A DNA stretch of 64,000 nucleotides. Origin: Pseudomonadota bacterium. Lineage in GTDB: Bacteria > Pseudomonadota > Alphaproteobacteria > Acetobacterales > Acetobacteraceae. The translations under genes and the position numbers were made by a program. Positions 61,754 through 64,000 of this stretch are shown one piece after another. The notes beneath the pieces were generated by a model. That model searched no databases, was not told the origin of the DNA, and worked only from the letters and a program-made list of their open reading frames with translations. Position 1 is the stretch's first letter. Each line of letters opens with the position of its first letter. The stretch lies in the NCBI GenBank assembly GCA_021798915.1, contig JAJZBM010000010.1, positions 1,624 to 65,623 of the forward strand, read 5' to 3'.

Positions 61754-61815
61754 GGTCTCCGATCCCTACCCCATCGGTTACGTGCGCATCCCGGCTCTCA
61801 CGCGCGCACATCGGG

Positions 61816-62580
61816 TCAGACCGATGCCCCGAGCATGACCTCACCGGTCGGAAACTTCCGTATGCCGCCCCCCGTTTCCAGCAGCAATGCACCGACCTCA
61901 TCGAGCCCGGCAAAATAACCGTGGCACTTCACCCCACCACAATCGACCGACAACGCCGTCCCCAGCGGATGCGCGTAAGCGAGCCACGCCTCACGAATGC
62001 GCGCGAACCCGCTTTGCCGCAACACTGCGCCCCATGCCGCGAGGCCGCCGAGAATCCGCTCCGCGAGCGCGATTGGTGCCGGCGGCGTCATCCGCTCGGC
62101 CAGCGCAATCGTGCGGCGATCGGGAAAGGCGGGCGCGGCGACGAGATTAGCCCCGAACCCCAGCACCAGCCAATCGCTGTGCCCGGCAGCATCGGTCGCC
62201 CCTTCGATCAGAATGCCGGCGAGCTTGGCCCCCGTCAGCATCACGTCATTCGGCCATTTCAACCGCAGTTCAACGGCCAATGCCGGCGCAATCGCAGCCA
62301 GCGCCTCGAACAACGCCACCCCGGCCAGAAGCGCCCATTGCCCAGCGATGGCAAGCGGGGTGCGCGGACGCAGAAGGGCCGAAAGCGCGAGATTACCCGG
62401 CGGTGAGAGCCACACGCGCTGGCCGCGTCCACGCCCCTTGGTTTGCTGGCCGGCGACAATCGCCAGCCCCTCCGCCTCCCCCGCCCGCGCGCGCGCGACG
62501 CAGAGATCGGACGTGGACGGCAGCCGCTCGTAGGTTTCGAGCCGCCACCCCCCGCCGCCCTCGCGGGCGGCAGCCGTCAT
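61816..62580 (-). CDS. birA: Biotin-protein ligase (class I BirA without the N-terminal HTH)
   Basis: 254 aa with GQQTKGRGRGQRVW and KWPNDV...KLAGILIE. The ATG at 62580 overlaps the nuoN stop by 1 nt. The upstream part of the 465-aa track ORF is an out-of-frame shadow of nuoN. Confidence 0.85.
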   Translation of the reverse strand: MTAAAREGGGGWRLETYERLPSTSDLCVARARAGEAEGLAIVAGQQTKGRGRGQRVWLSPPGNLALSALLRPRTPLAIAGQWALLAGVALFEALAAIAPALAVELRLKWPNDVMLTGAKLAGILIEGATDAAGHSDWLVLGFGANLVAAPAFPDRRTIALAERMTPPAPIALAERILGGLAAWGAVLRQSGFARIREAWLAYAHPLGTALSVDCGGVKCHGYFAGLDEVGALLLETGGGIRKFPTGEVMLGASV

Positions 62581-64000
62581 CACCCGAACAACACTTTGGC
62601 CGCCGCCTCGGCGGCGTTCAGCACCGGCGCCGGCAGAAGAAAGAAGAAGGTGGTGAAAACACCGGTCGCCGCCGCCACCACCGAGAGCGACGGCGCCCTC
62701 CGATCGAAGGCGAGGCCAGGTTCGTCGAAATACATCACCTTGATGATGCGGAGATAATAAAACGCGCCGACGACACTGGTCAGCACACCGATGACGGCAA
62801 GCCCCCAGAGGCCGCTCTGCACCGCCGCGAGAAAAACGTAAAGCTTGCCGAAAAATCCCGAAAGCGGCGGAATCCCGGCCATGCTGAACATGAACACCGT
62901 CATCGCCAGCGCGAGCGCCGGATCGTTGCGGCCGAGACCGGCGAGATCGGCGATCGTTTCCACCGCCTCCCCGCGCCGCCGCATCGCCAGAATCACCGCG
63001 AAGGTACCGAGATTCATGAACACATAGACGACGAGATAGATGAGCACGCTGCGCAGGCCAGCGGCGTTGCCACATGCGATGCCGATCAGCACATATCCCA
63101 TATGACCGATCGAGGAATATGCCATCAGACGCTTGATATTCGTCTGTCCGATCGCCGCGAGAGCGCCCAAGACCATCGACGCGATGGAAATGATCTCGAT
63201 CAGTGCCTGCCATTGCCCGTGAGCATGGCCGAAGGGGCCCATCATCACCCGCGCGAACAACACCATCGCCGCGACCTTCGGCGCGGTCGCGAAGAATGCC
63301 GTCACCGGCGTCGGCGCGCCCTCATAGACATCGGGCGTCCACATATGGAACGGCACCGCCGCGACCTTGAAGGCGAGGCCGGTGATGATGAAAACGATGC
63401 CGACGATCACACCCGGCGAAACCGCGGCCGGATCGACGAGCGCATGCGCGATGCCGCCGAAATCCATGCTCCCGGAAAAGCCATAGACCAGTGAAATGCC
63501 GTAAAGAAGCAGCCCCGAAGCCAACGCGCCGAGCACGAAATATTTGAGGCCCGCTTCCGAGGAACGGAGATCGTCGCGCGCGAAGGCTGCGAGAACGTAA
63601 ATGGAAAGAGATTGCAATTCGAGCCCGAGATAAAGGCTCATCATATTCCCGGCCGAGACCATCATCGTCATGCCAAGGATTGCAAACAATACCAATACCG
63701 GGAATTCGAACCGCGCAATATGTCCACGCTCGTTGAAATCGAACGACAGCAGAATAGAAAGCGCCCCCGCGGCCAGGATCAGCAATTTGGCGAAAACGCT
63801 TATTGGATCAGCAAAGAATTGCCCTTCATAAGCGGTACCAAGCGCGCTTCCAGCGATCAGCACACCGCACAGCACGAAGGCGGCAATGGTAAGCATGCTG
63901 CAAATCTGCGTCGCATCGTCTCGTTTAATGACGCCAAGCAGCAAAATGCCCAAGCCACTCAGCGCCAGGACGATTTCAGGAAGAGCGAGAAACCAGTTCA
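62580..64000 (-). CDS. nuoN: NADH-quinone oxidoreductase subunit N (5' end beyond the window)
   Basis: Polytopic antiporter-like subunit. The frame stays open to the window edge (translating ...NWFLALPEIVLALSGLGILLLGV), so the true start is a few codons outside. It has the usual nuoN-birA-coaX-rnj synteny. Confidence 0.9.
   Translation of the reverse strand, partial: NWFLALPEIVLALSGLGILLLGVIKRDDATQICSMLTIAAFVLCGVLIAGSALGTAYEGQFFADPISVFAKLLILAAGALSILLSFDFNERGHIARFEFPVLVLFAILGMTMMVSAGNMMSLYLGLELQSLSIYVLAAFARDDLRSSEAGLKYFVLGALASGLLLYGISLVYGFSGSMDFGGIAHALVDPAAVSPGVIVGIVFIITGLAFKVAAVPFHMWTPDVYEGAPTPVTAFFATAPKVAAMVLFARVMMGPFGHAHGQWQALIEIISIASMVLGALAAIGQTNIKRLMAYSSIGHMGYVLIGIACGNAAGLRSVLIYLVVYVFMNLGTFAVILAMRRRGEAVETIADLAGLGRNDPALALAMTVFMFSMAGIPPLSGFFGKLYVFLAAVQSGLWGLAVIGVLTSVVGAFYYLRIIKVMYFDEPGLAFDRRAPSLSVVAAATGVFTTFFFLLPAPVLNAAEAAAKVLFG

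Noticed and set aside
61816-63213. A 465-aa ORF suggesting a large BirA fusion protein
   Set aside because: Only the last 254 codons are BirA-like. The upstream part overlaps nuoN out of frame and is compositionally aberrant. An ATG at 62580 overlapping the nuoN stop gives a normal class I BirA.

Overview
High-GC alphaproteobacterial chromosomal segment. Gene content and synteny look Rhodospirillales/Acetobacteraceae-like, but the taxon is inference only. I call about 60 protein genes, 3 tRNAs (His-GTG, Leu-CAA, Asn-GTT), one likely sigma54 promoter, one clear intrinsic terminator and several short repeats. Most genes are housekeeping: gatCAB, acnA, ccmAB, hisFE, tsaE-amgK-murU-addBA-trxA, gltX, nadE, class II DAHP synthase, glnBA, zwf, rnj-coaX-birA-nuoN. 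I see no integrase, transposase, CRISPR array, toxin-antitoxin pair or recognisable defence island. Many long ORFs in the track are antisense shadow ORFs typical of high-GC DNA and were discarded. The items most worth a second look are: (1) a translationally coupled tandem pair of paralogous proteins (23472-26023) that by eye look like doubly degenerate GGDEF-like plus EAL-like proteins with every catalytic signature eroded; (2) an RpfF-type DSF (cis-2-enoic acid signal) synthase homologue (51452-52396) with no rpfC/rpfG/rpfR/rpfB partner in the window; (3) an AT-rich, roughly 120-bp nested-palindrome element present twice in opposite orientation, each time between convergent gene ends (16213-16331, 40581-40699); (4) a Cox11/CtaG-cytochrome c fusion next to an nrdB with an internal low-GC3 patch and a Sco chaperone; (5) a co-directional seven-gene cluster mixing a paired acyl-CoA dehydrogenase, CoA-transferase and hydratase with an FMN reductase, a CX5R phosphatase and a long PIMT-like methyltransferase; (6) a membrane-anchored diiron (ferritin-like) protein of unknown function. 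All functional calls rest on motif and by-eye family recognition with no database search. Start codons were chosen from overlaps, RBS and N-terminal conservation and are less certain than stops.
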